Assembly (NCBI GenBank): GCA_031410255.1
Contig: JANNYT010000162.1
Span: 8,167-72,166, forward strand
From: Novosphingobium sp.
GTDB lineage: Bacteria > Pseudomonadota > Alphaproteobacteria > Sphingomonadales > Sphingomonadaceae
Direction: 5' to 3'
Length of the DNA: 64,000 nt
Below, piece after piece: positions 48,994-57,949 of this stretch. Position 1 is the first letter of the stretch; every line of letters begins with the position of its first letter. A program made the position numbers and the translations under genes. Under the pieces are notes generated by a model. That model did no database searches. It was not told the DNA's origin and worked only from the letters and a program-made list of their open reading frames with translations.

Positions 48994-50250
48994 CTACTGA
49001 TTCATCGTGGCGAAGAAATCTTCGTTGGTCTTGGAATCCTTCATCTTGTCGAGCAGGAATTCCATCGCATCGACCGTCCCCATCTGCATGAGGATCCGGC
49101 GCAGCACCCACATCTTGGAGAGCTTGTCCTTTTCGACCAGCAGCTCTTCCTTGCGGGTGCCCGATTTGCCGACATCGAGCGCGGGGAAGATGCGCTTGTC
49201 CGAAACCTTGCGGTCGAGCACGATTTCAGAGTTGCCGGTGCCCTTGAACTCTTCAAAGATCACTTCGTCCATGCGGCTGCCGGTATCGATCAGCGCGGTG
49301 GCGATGATCGACAGGCTGCCGCCTTCCTCGATATTGCGGGCCGCGCCGAAGAAGCGCTTGGGGCGCTGCAGGGCATTGGCGTCGACACCGCCGGTCAGCA
49401 CTTTGCCCGAACTTGGCACCACGGTGTTGTAGGCCCGGCCCAGCCGCGTGATCGAATCCAAGAGGATCACCACGTCGCGTTTGTGTTCGACCAGCCGCTT
49501 GGCCTTTTCGATCACCATCTCGGCGACCTGGACGTGCCGCTGAGCGGGTTCATCGAAAGTTGAGGAGATTACCTCACCCTTCACGCTGCGCTGCATGTCA
49601 GTGACTTCCTCTGGCCGTTCATCAACCAGCAGCACGATCAGGAACACATCGGGATGATTGTCGGTGATCGCCTTGGCAATATTCTGCAGCAGCACGGTCT
49701 TGCCGGTGCGCGGCGGGGCGACGATCAGCGCGCGCTGGCCCTTGCCCTGCGGCGAAATGATGTCGATCACCCGCGCCGACTTGTCCTTGACGGTCGGATC
49801 AATCGTATCGAGGTTGAGCTTTTCGTCCGGATAGAGCGGGGTCAGGTTGTCAAAGTTGACCCGGTGGCGGACCACGTCGGGATCATCGTAGTTGACGCTG
49901 ATCAGTTTGATGATCGCGAAATAGCGTTCGCCGTCCTTGGGCGCGCGGATCTCACCTTCCACGGTGTCGCCGGTCCGCAGACCCCATTTGCGCACCTGGT
50001 TGGGGGAGACATAGATATCGTCGGGCCCGGCCAGATAGTTCGCCTCGGGGCTGCGCAGGAAGCCGAACCCATCGGTCAGCACTTCGATCGTGCCTTGCCC
50101 GATGATATCCTCGCCGTCTTCGGCAACTTCCTTGAGGATCGCGAACATCAGGTCCTGGCGGCGCAGGGTCGAGGCGCCTTCAACGCCCAGCTCTTCGGCC
50201 ATTTCGACCAGCTCGGCGGAGGTTTTCTTTTTGAGTTCTTTAAGATGCAT
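48994..50250 (-). CDS. rho: Transcription termination factor Rho
   Basis: [51 protein letters not shown]. Confidence 0.98.
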   Translation of the reverse strand: MHLKELKKKTSAELVEMAEELGVEGASTLRRQDLMFAILKEVAEDGEDIIGQGTIEVLTDGFGFLRSPEANYLAGPDDIYVSPNQVRKWGLRTGDTVEGEIRAPKDGERYFAIIKLISVNYDDPDVVRHRVNFDNLTPLYPDEKLNLDTIDPTVKDKSARVIDIISPQGKGQRALIVAPPRTGKTVLLQNIAKAITDNHPDVFLIVLLVDERPEEVTDMQRSVKGEVISSTFDEPAQRHVQVAEMVIEKAKRLVEHKRDVVILLDSITRLGRAYNTVVPSSGKVLTGGVDANALQRPKRFFGAARNIEEGGSLSIIATALIDTGSRMDEVIFEEFKGTGNSEIVLDRKVSDKRIFPALDVGKSGTRKEELLVEKDKLSKMWVLRRILMQMGTVDAMEFLLDKMKDSKTNEDFFATMNQ

Positions 50251-50357
50251 GACTGTCGTTTCCGTATAATTCAAACTGGGAATGGCCGGACGATCATGGG
50301 GCTTGGAGAAAGCGGATCGCGCCGCGCAAAGGTGCGCAGGCCTTGCCGGACCGCCGC

Positions 50358-50386
50358 CACATAGGCCGATCCGGCGGTCTGGTCAA
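50358..50386 (-). promoter_or_regulatory. Putative sigma-70 promoter of rho
   Basis: Minus strand TTGACC-N17-TATGTG. Confidence 0.5.
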
Positions 50387-50430
50387 TTATCTGGATTCAG
50401 CAGGCTGGCGCGCGGCCTGCGCAGAGCTGC

Positions 50431-50784
50431 CTAATTTTTGCTGCCGCGAACAGTCAGGGCCTTGCCGACTTTTTGCAGTTCGGCGCCTTTGCTTTGCATT
50501 TCGGTGCCGCAGCGTTCCATATCCGCTTTGAGCGAATTGTTTTGATAATCAGGCGCGCTAATCACATTTGCCAGCGCGCCTTCAAGGTCCAGCCCCGGTG
50601 CTTCGGCATCAATCCGGCCGACATAGAACATCGCGACCGCCATCACCTTCAACTTGTCTTCTCCCTTGGCGGAATCGCCCACCAGCGAAAATGCCGCGAG
50701 GCAGTGCAGATCCTGATCGACCTTTGAGCCCGGTTGGACAGAGCTGGCGGCCGCAGCCGCCGCTATCATCGGCCAGAATACCAT
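50431..50784 (-). CDS. Small hypothetical exported protein with two Cys
   Basis: Ala-rich signal-like N-terminus, DQDLHCL..FYVGRI..RCGTEM; fills the hemJ-rho gap. Start is uncertain. Confidence 0.65.
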   Translation of the reverse strand: MVFWPMIAAAAAASSVQPGSKVDQDLHCLAAFSLVGDSAKGEDKLKVMAVAMFYVGRIDAEAPGLDLEGALANVISAPDYQNNSLKADMERCGTEMQSKGAELQKVGKALTVRGSKN

Positions 50785-50812
50785 TGCTTCCACTCCCAAA
50801 ATTGGTCCGTCT

Positions 50813-51256
50813 CTAGAACGGTTTCAGCACCACCATAATCACGATCAACGCGGCGGCAATCCCCGGCACTTCATTCAGCAGCCGCAGCCCCTTGCCCGAC
50901 AGCCGCCGCTCACCCCGGGCCAGCGCCTTGTGATAGCCCGCCAGCCAGAATTGATAGCCGGTCAAGGCCAGCACCATCGCCAGCTTGAGATGGAACCAGC
51001 CTTGCGCAAAGGCCCCGATGCTGACCGCCAGGGTCAAGCCCAGCAGCCAGGTCAGGATCAGTGATGGCCACAGGATGATCCGCAGCAGCCGCGCCTCACG
51101 CTCCACCCACTGGGCGTTTTCAGGCGCGCCTGGCGCGGCTTCCTGGTGGTAGACAAAGAACCGTGGCAGCATGAACAGCCCGGCCATCCAGAAAATCACG
51201 AAGATGATATGGCCCGCCTTGAGCCAGTAATAGGTCATTGCCAGGATCCAAGCCAT
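50813..51256 (-). CDS. hemJ: Protoporphyrinogen oxidase HemJ
   Basis: WLKAGHIIFVIFWMAGLFMLPR, KL, RLLNEVP; directly downstream of hemE. Confidence 0.9.
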   Translation of the reverse strand: MAWILAMTYYWLKAGHIIFVIFWMAGLFMLPRFFVYHQEAAPGAPENAQWVEREARLLRIILWPSLILTWLLGLTLAVSIGAFAQGWFHLKLAMVLALTGYQFWLAGYHKALARGERRLSGKGLRLLNEVPGIAAALIVIMVVLKPF

Positions 51257-51283
51257 TGCGCCGCCATACCTTATCTCAATCCC

Positions 51284-52309
51284 TCACCCGCGCCAGTTGC
51301 GGACCACACCCAGCAATTGGCCGACATGTTCGACCGGCGTGGTTTGACCGATCCCGTGGCCCAAATTGAACACATGGGGGCGGCCAGCAAAAGCTTCAAG
51401 AATGCGCAGCGCTTCGCTTTCAAGCGCTGCGCCGCCGGCCAGCAACAGCAGCGGATCGAGGTTACCTTGCACGGGTAGCCCCTCGGGCAGTGCCGCAGCG
51501 GCCCAGACCGGATCGACTGTCTCATCCAGCCCGAGCGCCTGCACTCCGGTCTCACGGGCATAGGCCGGCAGCTTCTCACCGGCACCTTTGGGAAAGCCGA
51601 TGACGGGAACCTGCGGAAACCGCTGATTGAGTGCAGCAACGATCGCGGCATTGGGCGCGATCACCCAGCGCTCGAATTCGGCGGGGGCGAGGCTGCCAGC
51701 CCAGCTGTCAAACAGCTGCAGCGCTTCGGCCCCAGCCACAATCTGCCCGATCAGATAGTCGATCGTCACGCTGGTGATCGCACTGATGATTGCCTGGAAC
51801 GCCACCGGGTCACGGTAAGCCAGTGCGCGGGTATCATGCTGGTCGCGGCTGCCTTCGCCCGCCACCATATAGGTCGCCACGGTCCAAGGACTGCCAGCAA
51901 AGCCGAGCAGGGTCTTGTCCGCCGGGAGCACTGCCTTGACCTGTTTGACCGTGTCATAGATCGGCTTGAGCCGGTCGGGGACGGCGTGCAGATTTTCAAG
52001 CGCAGTATCGACCAGCCGGGGTGACAATCGTGGGCCCTCACCAACCAGAAACTCAAGATCCTGGCCCATTGCGTAAGGCACGATCAGAATGTCGGAAAAC
52101 AAGATCGCGCCATCGAACCCGAAACGCCGGATCGGTTGCAAGGTAATCTCTGCGGCGGCGGCACTATCGTAAACCAGCGGCAGGAAACCGCCCTTTTCGG
52201 CCCGCAAGGCGCGGTATTCAGGGAGGTAACGGCCGGCCTGACGCATCAGCCAGGCTGGTCGCGGGCGGACGTTTTGGCCGCGCAGAGTGTCGAGTAACAA
52301 ACCGGGCAT
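51284..52309 (-). CDS. hemE: Uroporphyrinogen decarboxylase
   Basis: WLMRQAGRYLPEYR, AILFSDIL, GFAGSPWTVATY, QGNLDP, FNLGHGI. Confidence 0.97.
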   Translation of the reverse strand: MPGLLLDTLRGQNVRPRPAWLMRQAGRYLPEYRALRAEKGGFLPLVYDSAAAAEITLQPIRRFGFDGAILFSDILIVPYAMGQDLEFLVGEGPRLSPRLVDTALENLHAVPDRLKPIYDTVKQVKAVLPADKTLLGFAGSPWTVATYMVAGEGSRDQHDTRALAYRDPVAFQAIISAITSVTIDYLIGQIVAGAEALQLFDSWAGSLAPAEFERWVIAPNAAIVAALNQRFPQVPVIGFPKGAGEKLPAYARETGVQALGLDETVDPVWAAAALPEGLPVQGNLDPLLLLAGGAALESEALRILEAFAGRPHVFNLGHGIGQTTPVEHVGQLLGVVRNWRG

Positions 52310-52628
52310 TGAAGAGATTCCAATCTAAAACAAATTAGATTTTATAAAGGTTCTTGTAGTTGTTGGGCTGTGGAAACTGGGGATGGCGCGCCCATGCCGC
52401 AATTCTCCCGCACTGAACAGAGCAAAGCGTGGTCCGAATCCCTGCGCCTGCGCGTCAAGCCAGTCTTATGCCCGCTATCCCCAGCCTGTGGGAAGGCTTG
52501 TCCACCTGTCCACAAGAGTTCGATCCGGACGCCGGTAGTGGGCGCACAAAGTTGTCCCGAACTTGTCAGGCGATTCCTCCCGTGGTTTATGCCGGGAACT
52601 ATCAACAGGGCCGCCAACCAATCCCGCC
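52310..52628. other. Probable chromosomal replication origin (oriC)
   Basis: hemE / DUF299 divergent intergenic position, as for the Caulobacter origin. AT-rich tract 52310-52364. DnaA-like 9-mers with 2-3 mismatches to TTATCCACA at 52369, 52378, 52475, 52487, 52498, 52506 and 52599. GANTC at 52316, 52436 and 52572. Flanking operons point away from it. Confidence 0.8.
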
Positions 52629-53459
52629 ATGCCGCAATTGCACCTTCATCTGCTGTCCGATTCGACCGGCGAAACGCTCGAGATGCTGGCCAAGGCCGCG
52701 CTCGCGCAGTTCGAAGGAGCAGAGGTTATCCGGCATTTCTGGCCGATGGTTCGCTCGCAGCAACACCTCGACCGGATCATGGCCGAGATTGCCGCCAACC
52801 CCGGACTGGTGTTCTACACCCTGGTCAATGCCGATACCCGGGTCCGGCTGGAGGAGCATTGCCGCACGCTAAGCTTGCCGGTGGTGCCGGTGCTTGATGC
52901 CGCGGTCGATGCGCTCGAAGCCGCGCTGGGCCAGCAGGCCAAGGCCCGGCCCGGGCGCCAGCATGTGATGGACGAAGCCTATTTCGCGCGGGTCGATGCG
53001 ATCCATTATACGATCGCGCATGATGACGGGGTGGGCTGGGAGAACTGGGAAGCCGCCGACATTGTGTTGGCGGGTGTTTCGCGCAGTTCGAAGACCCCGA
53101 CCAGCATTTACCTCGCCAACCGCGGTTACAAGGTCGCCAATATCCCGATTGTGGTGGAAAGCCCGCCGCCAGCGGTACTGTTCGGGCTCAAGCATCCGCT
53201 GGTGGTGGGGCTGACCACCGCGCCCGAACGGCTGGTGCAAGTGCGCCGCAACCGGCTGATCTCGCTGGGGCAAATGCCTGAGACGTCCTATGTGGATGAA
53301 GACCGGGTTGGGCGCGAAGTCCAATATGCCCGGCGGATGTTTGCCGATAACGGCTGGCCAGTGATCGACGTTACCCGCCGCTCGATCGAAGAAGCGGCGG
53401 CCGCGATCATCAACCTCTACAACGAATTTCGCAGCGCTCCGGAAAGCGATCCGGTGTGA
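52629..53459 (+). CDS. ppsR: PEP synthetase / PPDK regulatory kinase-pyrophosphorylase (DUF299)
   Basis: [42 protein letters not shown]. Confidence 0.93.
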   Translation: MPQLHLHLLSDSTGETLEMLAKAALAQFEGAEVIRHFWPMVRSQQHLDRIMAEIAANPGLVFYTLVNADTRVRLEEHCRTLSLPVVPVLDAAVDALEAALGQQAKARPGRQHVMDEAYFARVDAIHYTIAHDDGVGWENWEAADIVLAGVSRSSKTPTSIYLANRGYKVANIPIVVESPPPAVLFGLKHPLVVGLTTAPERLVQVRRNRLISLGQMPETSYVDEDRVGREVQYARRMFADNGWPVIDVTRRSIEEAAAAIINLYNEFRSAPESDPV

Positions 53460-54043
53460 CGCTGATCCTCGCCTCACAAAGCCAGTCGCGCCGCGCGATG
53501 CTGGACGCTGCCGGGGTGTTATATCAGGCGGTGCCCGCCGCACTGGATGAACGCGCGCTGGAGGCTGAGCTGGCCGGAGCAGGCGCGGCGCAAGTGGCGC
53601 TGGCACTTGCCGAAGCGAAAGCGCTGGCGGTCAGCGCGGCGCATCCGGGCGCGCTGGTGCTGGGCAGCGATTCGCTGGTCGAGGTGGCGGGCCGTCGGTT
53701 TGATAAACCCGCCAGCCGCGACGAGGCGGCCGAGCATCTGCGGTTCTTTTCCGGCCAGGTGATGGAGCTGCACAGCGCCGCCGCGCTCGTCTGCGACGGG
53801 CAAGTGGTGTGGCGTCATGGTGACCACGCGCTGCTGAGCGTGCGGGCCTTGTCAGAGGCATTCATCGCGGACTACCTCGCGGCTGAATGGCCTGCGGTGG
53901 CGCACTGCGTCGGGGTGTTCCGGATCGAAGCCATGGGCGTGCAACTGTTCGAGCGGATCGAAGGCAGTCAGTTCACGGTGCTGGGTATGCCGCTGCTGCC
54001 GGTGCTTGGCGCGCTGCGCCAGCATGAGGCGCTGGCCATATGA
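53456..54043 (+). CDS. maf: Maf family nucleoside triphosphate pyrophosphatase
   Basis: [35 protein letters not shown]. Confidence 0.93.
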   Translation: MTLILASQSQSRRAMLDAAGVLYQAVPAALDERALEAELAGAGAAQVALALAEAKALAVSAAHPGALVLGSDSLVEVAGRRFDKPASRDEAAEHLRFFSGQVMELHSAAALVCDGQVVWRHGDHALLSVRALSEAFIADYLAAEWPAVAHCVGVFRIEAMGVQLFERIEGSQFTVLGMPLLPVLGALRQHEALAI

Positions 54044-54897
54044 GCCGGGCCTATGCCGAAGTGATCGGCGATCCGATCATGCAGTCCAAGTCCCCGGCGA
54101 TTCACACATTCTGGTTGGGTCAGCTCGGTATCGCAGCGGAATACCGCGCTTGCCATGTTCGCCCGGCCGAGTTGGCCGACTACTTCACGCACCGCCGCGC
54201 TGATCCCGATTGGCGCGGGTGCAATATCACCATGCCACACAAGCAGGCGGCAATTGCCCTGCTCGACGTAGTCGATCCGCTGGCCGCGCGGATCGGCGCG
54301 GTCAACACGGTGGTGCGCAGCGCTGATGGACGGCTGACCGGCTACAATACCGACGTTGCCGGGTTTCTTGAGCCCCTGCTGCCCTACTTGCGCGATACCC
54401 ACCTGATCCGGATGGCGCGGGTGATCGGCACCGGCGGCGCGGCCCGGGCCATCGTCGCCGCGCTGGCCGATCAGCATTTCACGATTGTGCTGGCGGCGCG
54501 CGATCCCGCCAAGGCGCAGGCGCTGCTGGCCGAACTTGCGCCCAAGGGTGAGCATCACACACCGCCGGTGGCGCATTTTGCCGCGCCGACCGATTTTGCG
54601 TTCGATGATCGGACCCAGTTGCTCGATCTGGTGATCAATGCCAGTCCGCTGGGGATGGCCGGGCAGCCCCCGCTCCAATTCGACCTCAGCCACGTGCCGC
54701 CCGGCAGTGTGGTCTATGACATTGTCACGGCTCCGCTCGAAACGCCGCTGCTGCGCGCAGCCCGCGCCGCCGGATTTGTCACGATTGATGGACTGGCGAT
54801 GCTAATCGGACAGGCGGCTGCGGCCTTCGCGCTGTTCTTCGGCCAGCCCCCACCGCGCCAATCCGATGCCGAGCTGCGCGCGTTGCTGACCCGATGA
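54040..54897 (+). CDS. aroE: Shikimate dehydrogenase
   Basis: [52 protein letters not shown]. Confidence 0.95.
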   Translation: MSRAYAEVIGDPIMQSKSPAIHTFWLGQLGIAAEYRACHVRPAELADYFTHRRADPDWRGCNITMPHKQAAIALLDVVDPLAARIGAVNTVVRSADGRLTGYNTDVAGFLEPLLPYLRDTHLIRMARVIGTGGAARAIVAALADQHFTIVLAARDPAKAQALLAELAPKGEHHTPPVAHFAAPTDFAFDDRTQLLDLVINASPLGMAGQPPLQFDLSHVPPGSVVYDIVTAPLETPLLRAARAAGFVTIDGLAMLIGQAAAAFALFFGQPPPRQSDAELRALLTR

Positions 54898-55490
54898 GTA
54901 AACCTTTCATCCTGGGCCTGACCGGCTCGATCGGCATGGGCAAAAGCGCGGTAGCGGCGATGTTTCGCGGGCTGGGGGTGCCGGTGTTCGATGCCGACGC
55001 CGCAGTGCACGAACTACAGGGGCCGGGCGGGGCTTGCCTGCAGCCGATCGAGCGGGTCTTCCCTGGCACCACCGGGCCGGGCGGAGTTGACCGGCAAAAG
55101 CTGGGTGCGGCCGTGTTCGGCGATTCTGAGGCGCTGCGGCGGCTGGAGGCGATCGTCCATCCGGAAGTAGCAGAGATGCGCCGAACCTTTCTTGCTGACA
55201 ATATGGCCGCCCGGCTGATCGTGTTCGATATCCCGTTGCTCTATGAAAAGACCGGTCAGCACGGGCTTGATGCCGTGGTGGTGGTCTCTGCCCCGGCGGC
55301 GCTGCAACGCGAGCGGGTGCTGGCGCGCCCCGGCATGACCCTCGAGAAATTCGAGCGCATTCTGGCGCTGCAAGTGCCCGATGCGGATAAGCGCGCGCGA
55401 GCCGATCACGTGCTTGATACTGGCACATCGCTGGCTGAGACCCGCCATGCGGTACAGCGCCTTGTCAGCCAGTTGACCCGAACCGAATAA
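54894..55490 (+). CDS. coaE: Dephospho-CoA kinase
   Basis: GLTGSIGMGKS, FDAD, VDRQKLG, IVHP, DIPLLYE. Confidence 0.96.
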   Translation: MSKPFILGLTGSIGMGKSAVAAMFRGLGVPVFDADAAVHELQGPGGACLQPIERVFPGTTGPGGVDRQKLGAAVFGDSEALRRLEAIVHPEVAEMRRTFLADNMAARLIVFDIPLLYEKTGQHGLDAVVVVSAPAALQRERVLARPGMTLEKFERILALQVPDADKRARADHVLDTGTSLAETRHAVQRLVSQLTRTE

Positions 55491-55543
55491 ACGCCGCCTG
55501 ACCCCTTGTAAGCAGGGCGTAATAGGCAGATATCAGTTCGGTA

Positions 55544-56227
55544 ATGCGTGAAATTATCTTCGACACCGAAACGACCGGTCTTGATCCCAGGACGGGCGAT
55601 CGGATGGTCGAGATTGGCTGCATCGAAATGGTCAACCGGGTGCCGACCGGGCAGACCTTCCACTGCTATTTCAACCCTGATCGCGATATGCCAGCGGCGG
55701 CCGAAGCCGTCCACGGCTTGTCGATCGGGTTCCTGTCAGACAAGCCGCGCTTTCACGAACGCGCGGGTGAACTGCTCGAATTCCTGGGCGATGCGATGCT
55801 GGTCGCGCACAATGCCGGGTTCGATTTCGGTTTCGTCAATTCCGAGCTCGATATGTGCGGATTGCCGCCACTCGGGCGGGATCGGATGATCGATACGGTC
55901 CAGCTCGCGCGGGTTCGCCATCCCGGTGCCAAGCTCTCGCTCGATGCGCTATGTTCGCGCTATGGGATCGACCGCAGCCACCGCACCCGCCACGGCGCAC
56001 TGCTCGATGCCGAACTGCTCGCACAGGTCTACGTCGAACTTACCGGCGGCCGCCAGATCGGCTTGTCGCTGGTGGCCGATCGCGCTGATGTGACGGTAAC
56101 CTCGCTCGCGGCGCCTGCCGCCGCCCGCCCGCTTCGCCCCGCCCGCCCCCACTCTGCGAGCCCGGAGGAACTCGCCACGCATGCACAATTCCTCGAAACA
56201 GTGAAGTCTGCGCTCTGGCTCGACTGA
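55544..56227 (+). CDS. dnaQ: DNA polymerase III epsilon subunit
   Basis: Exo I FDTETTG, Exo II AHNAGFD, Exo III HGALLDA. Confidence 0.96.
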   Translation: MREIIFDTETTGLDPRTGDRMVEIGCIEMVNRVPTGQTFHCYFNPDRDMPAAAEAVHGLSIGFLSDKPRFHERAGELLEFLGDAMLVAHNAGFDFGFVNSELDMCGLPPLGRDRMIDTVQLARVRHPGAKLSLDALCSRYGIDRSHRTRHGALLDAELLAQVYVELTGGRQIGLSLVADRADVTVTSLAAPAAARPLRPARPHSASPEELATHAQFLETVKSALWLD

Positions 56228-56263
56228 TCTGTTTCATGCCTTTCACACAGGAGTAACGGTTCA

Positions 56264-56830
56264 ATGGACATTCGCGTATCGGGCCATCAGGTCGCCACTG
56301 GCGAAGCACTGCAGATTCATGCGCAAGACCGCTTGGCCGCAGTCGTCGGCAAGTATTTCCCCACCGCATTGTCCAGCACCGTCACCTTTAATCGCGCGCC
56401 CGCCGGGTCGTTTCGCGCCGATGTCGTGACGCATGTCATGCAAGGGCTGGTGCTCAAGGGCGCCGGGATCGCGCAGGACGCGCATCTGGCGCTCGATCAG
56501 GCGGCGGAAAAGATCGACAAGCAGCTCCGCCGTTATAAGCGCCGGCTGACCGATCACTCAGCGCAAAGCGCGCATTCGATCCGCGAGGAAGAAGCGGCCT
56601 ACACCGTTTTTGCCGAACCCGATGACAGCGAAGATGAAGTCACTGGCGATGCTCCGCTGGTGATCGCCGAAACCCGGGTCGATGTGCCTGAAACCACTGT
56701 TTCCAATGCAGTTATGATGCTCGATCTGCGCAACACCAATGCGCTGCTGTTCAAAAATGCTGGCACGGGCAGGCATAATATGGTTTACCGCCGCGGTGAC
56801 GGATCAATCGGCTGGGTTGAACCTTCGTGA
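56264..56830 (+). CDS. hpf: Long ribosome hibernation promoting factor (HPF)
   Basis: MDIRVSGHQVATGEAL, KIDKQLRRYKRRL, C-terminal S30AE domain (AVMMLDL..NMVYRRGDGSIGWVEP). Confidence 0.94.
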   Translation: MDIRVSGHQVATGEALQIHAQDRLAAVVGKYFPTALSSTVTFNRAPAGSFRADVVTHVMQGLVLKGAGIAQDAHLALDQAAEKIDKQLRRYKRRLTDHSAQSAHSIREEEAAYTVFAEPDDSEDEVTGDAPLVIAETRVDVPETTVSNAVMMLDLRNTNALLFKNAGTGRHNMVYRRGDGSIGWVEPS

Positions 56831-56950
56831 TGCGCCAGCTAAAGGCGCGCGACATTCCATCAGGTGAGGACGGGGACAGTTAAGCGGATAGTCCCGCCGC
56901 GCCGGTCCCTGCCCGATCCGATCGCGCAACTATTGGATACCCTGCCCGCC

Positions 56951-57412
56951 ATGACCGCACTTTTCTCTCTGCTGCCTGAAGCTGTCGGCACGATTGATGC
57001 AGACAGCAAGCAAACCATCCTTGACCAACTGGCGCAGCGATTCGCCGGGGTTTACGGCCTCGACTCGGTGCTGGTGCTTGAGCGGTTGGAAGAGCGTGAA
57101 AAGCTGGGGAGCACCGGGTTTGGCCGCGGCGTCGCGATCCCGCATGCCCGCATTCCTGATCTGGGCCGCCCAGTCGCCGCTTTTCTGCGGTTGGCAACCC
57201 CGGTTGCGTTCGATGCCGCTGACGGCATGCCGGTCGATCTGGTGTTTGGCTTGCTCTCGCCCGAAGCGGCGGGGGCCGCGCACCTCCACGCGCTCGCCGC
57301 GATCAGCCGGATGATGCGCGATGAAAAGCTCCACACCGCGCTGGGCGAAGCATCGGGTGCCGAAGCGCTTTACGCGCTGCTGGCGAGCGGCATTGACCGC
57401 GACGCGGCCTGA
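56951..57412 (+). CDS. ptsN: PTS EIIA(Ntr)
   Basis: EREKLGSTGFGRGVAIPHAR, PVDLVFGLL, HLHALA. Start reset to MTALF. Confidence 0.93.
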   Translation: MTALFSLLPEAVGTIDADSKQTILDQLAQRFAGVYGLDSVLVLERLEEREKLGSTGFGRGVAIPHARIPDLGRPVAAFLRLATPVAFDAADGMPVDLVFGLLSPEAAGAAHLHALAAISRMMRDEKLHTALGEASGAEALYALLASGIDRDAA

Positions 57413-57417
57413 TCCAG

Positions 57418-57753
57418 TTGGACGTTCGCTTACCCGCGCACCTTGAAGTTTCCGCACTGCTGCGTCAGGTTCAGGCGGATGGCGGGTTCGGGGCGGTGCT
57501 TCACAAAGGTGAACGCGAGGCCGGCACAATCTTGCTGATTTGCGCCGAAAAGGGCACAAACCGGCGGATTTTTGAACGGATGCCGAGCATTGATGGCCCG
57601 CGCCTCTGGCGCCTCTCGTTGACCGAACACATTGATAATTCAGATGAATTTGACCGCTATCTGGACAAACGAATGAACCAGGATCGTGACCTGTGGATCA
57701 TTGAACTGGATGTCGCGAATGCTGAACGGTTCATCGGATTGACACCGATGTAA
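57418..57753 (+). CDS. DUF1491 family protein
   Basis: RLPAHLEVSALLR, VLHKGEREAGTI, DRDLWIIELD. Confidence 0.85.
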   Translation: MDVRLPAHLEVSALLRQVQADGGFGAVLHKGEREAGTILLICAEKGTNRRIFERMPSIDGPRLWRLSLTEHIDNSDEFDRYLDKRMNQDRDLWIIELDVANAERFIGLTPM

Positions 57754-57765
57754 GCTTGACTTTGT

Positions 57766-57777
57766 TGCACTGCACAA
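57766..57777. promoter_or_regulatory. PhaR/AniA-like operator
   Basis: TGCACTGCACAA fits the TGCRNYGCASMA motif known from rhizobial PhaR and contains the TTGTGCA heptamer on the minus strand. Confidence 0.4.
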
Positions 57778-57781
57778 TCAA

Positions 57782-57903
57782 AGGCGGCGACACCTTTTAA
57801 TGCGTGGGCGGGGCCCGGGGCAAAACAGCCTTGGAAACAAGCACGCAGACGGGGGGCAGCCGGCAGGATTTCCGGTTCGGGGCTAAGGTAAAAACAACCG
57901 CCT
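57782..57903 (+). ncRNA. Candidate structured leader RNA upstream of the cell wall hydrolase
   Basis: Nested complementary segments found by eye (see findings); no family assignment. Confidence 0.3.
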
Positions 57904-57949
57904 CAATCCATCCTGCGCGGGCGCGCCAACCGCCCAAGAATGAAGAATA

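Noticed and set aside
56907-56947. KOPS-like octamers (CCCTGCCC at 56907 and 56940; others at about 23176 and 45596) as a polarity test for oriC
   Set aside because: Too few, and the two to the right of the proposed origin point the unexpected way. Uninformative without a genome-wide count.
57818-57865. Resemblance of the sleB leader to a c-di-GMP-I (GEMM) riboswitch (GGCAAAAC..GAAA..ACGCA)
   Set aside because: The AAAGCC strand closing P2 and the correctly placed receptor helix are missing. Kept only as an unclassified structured-RNA candidate.
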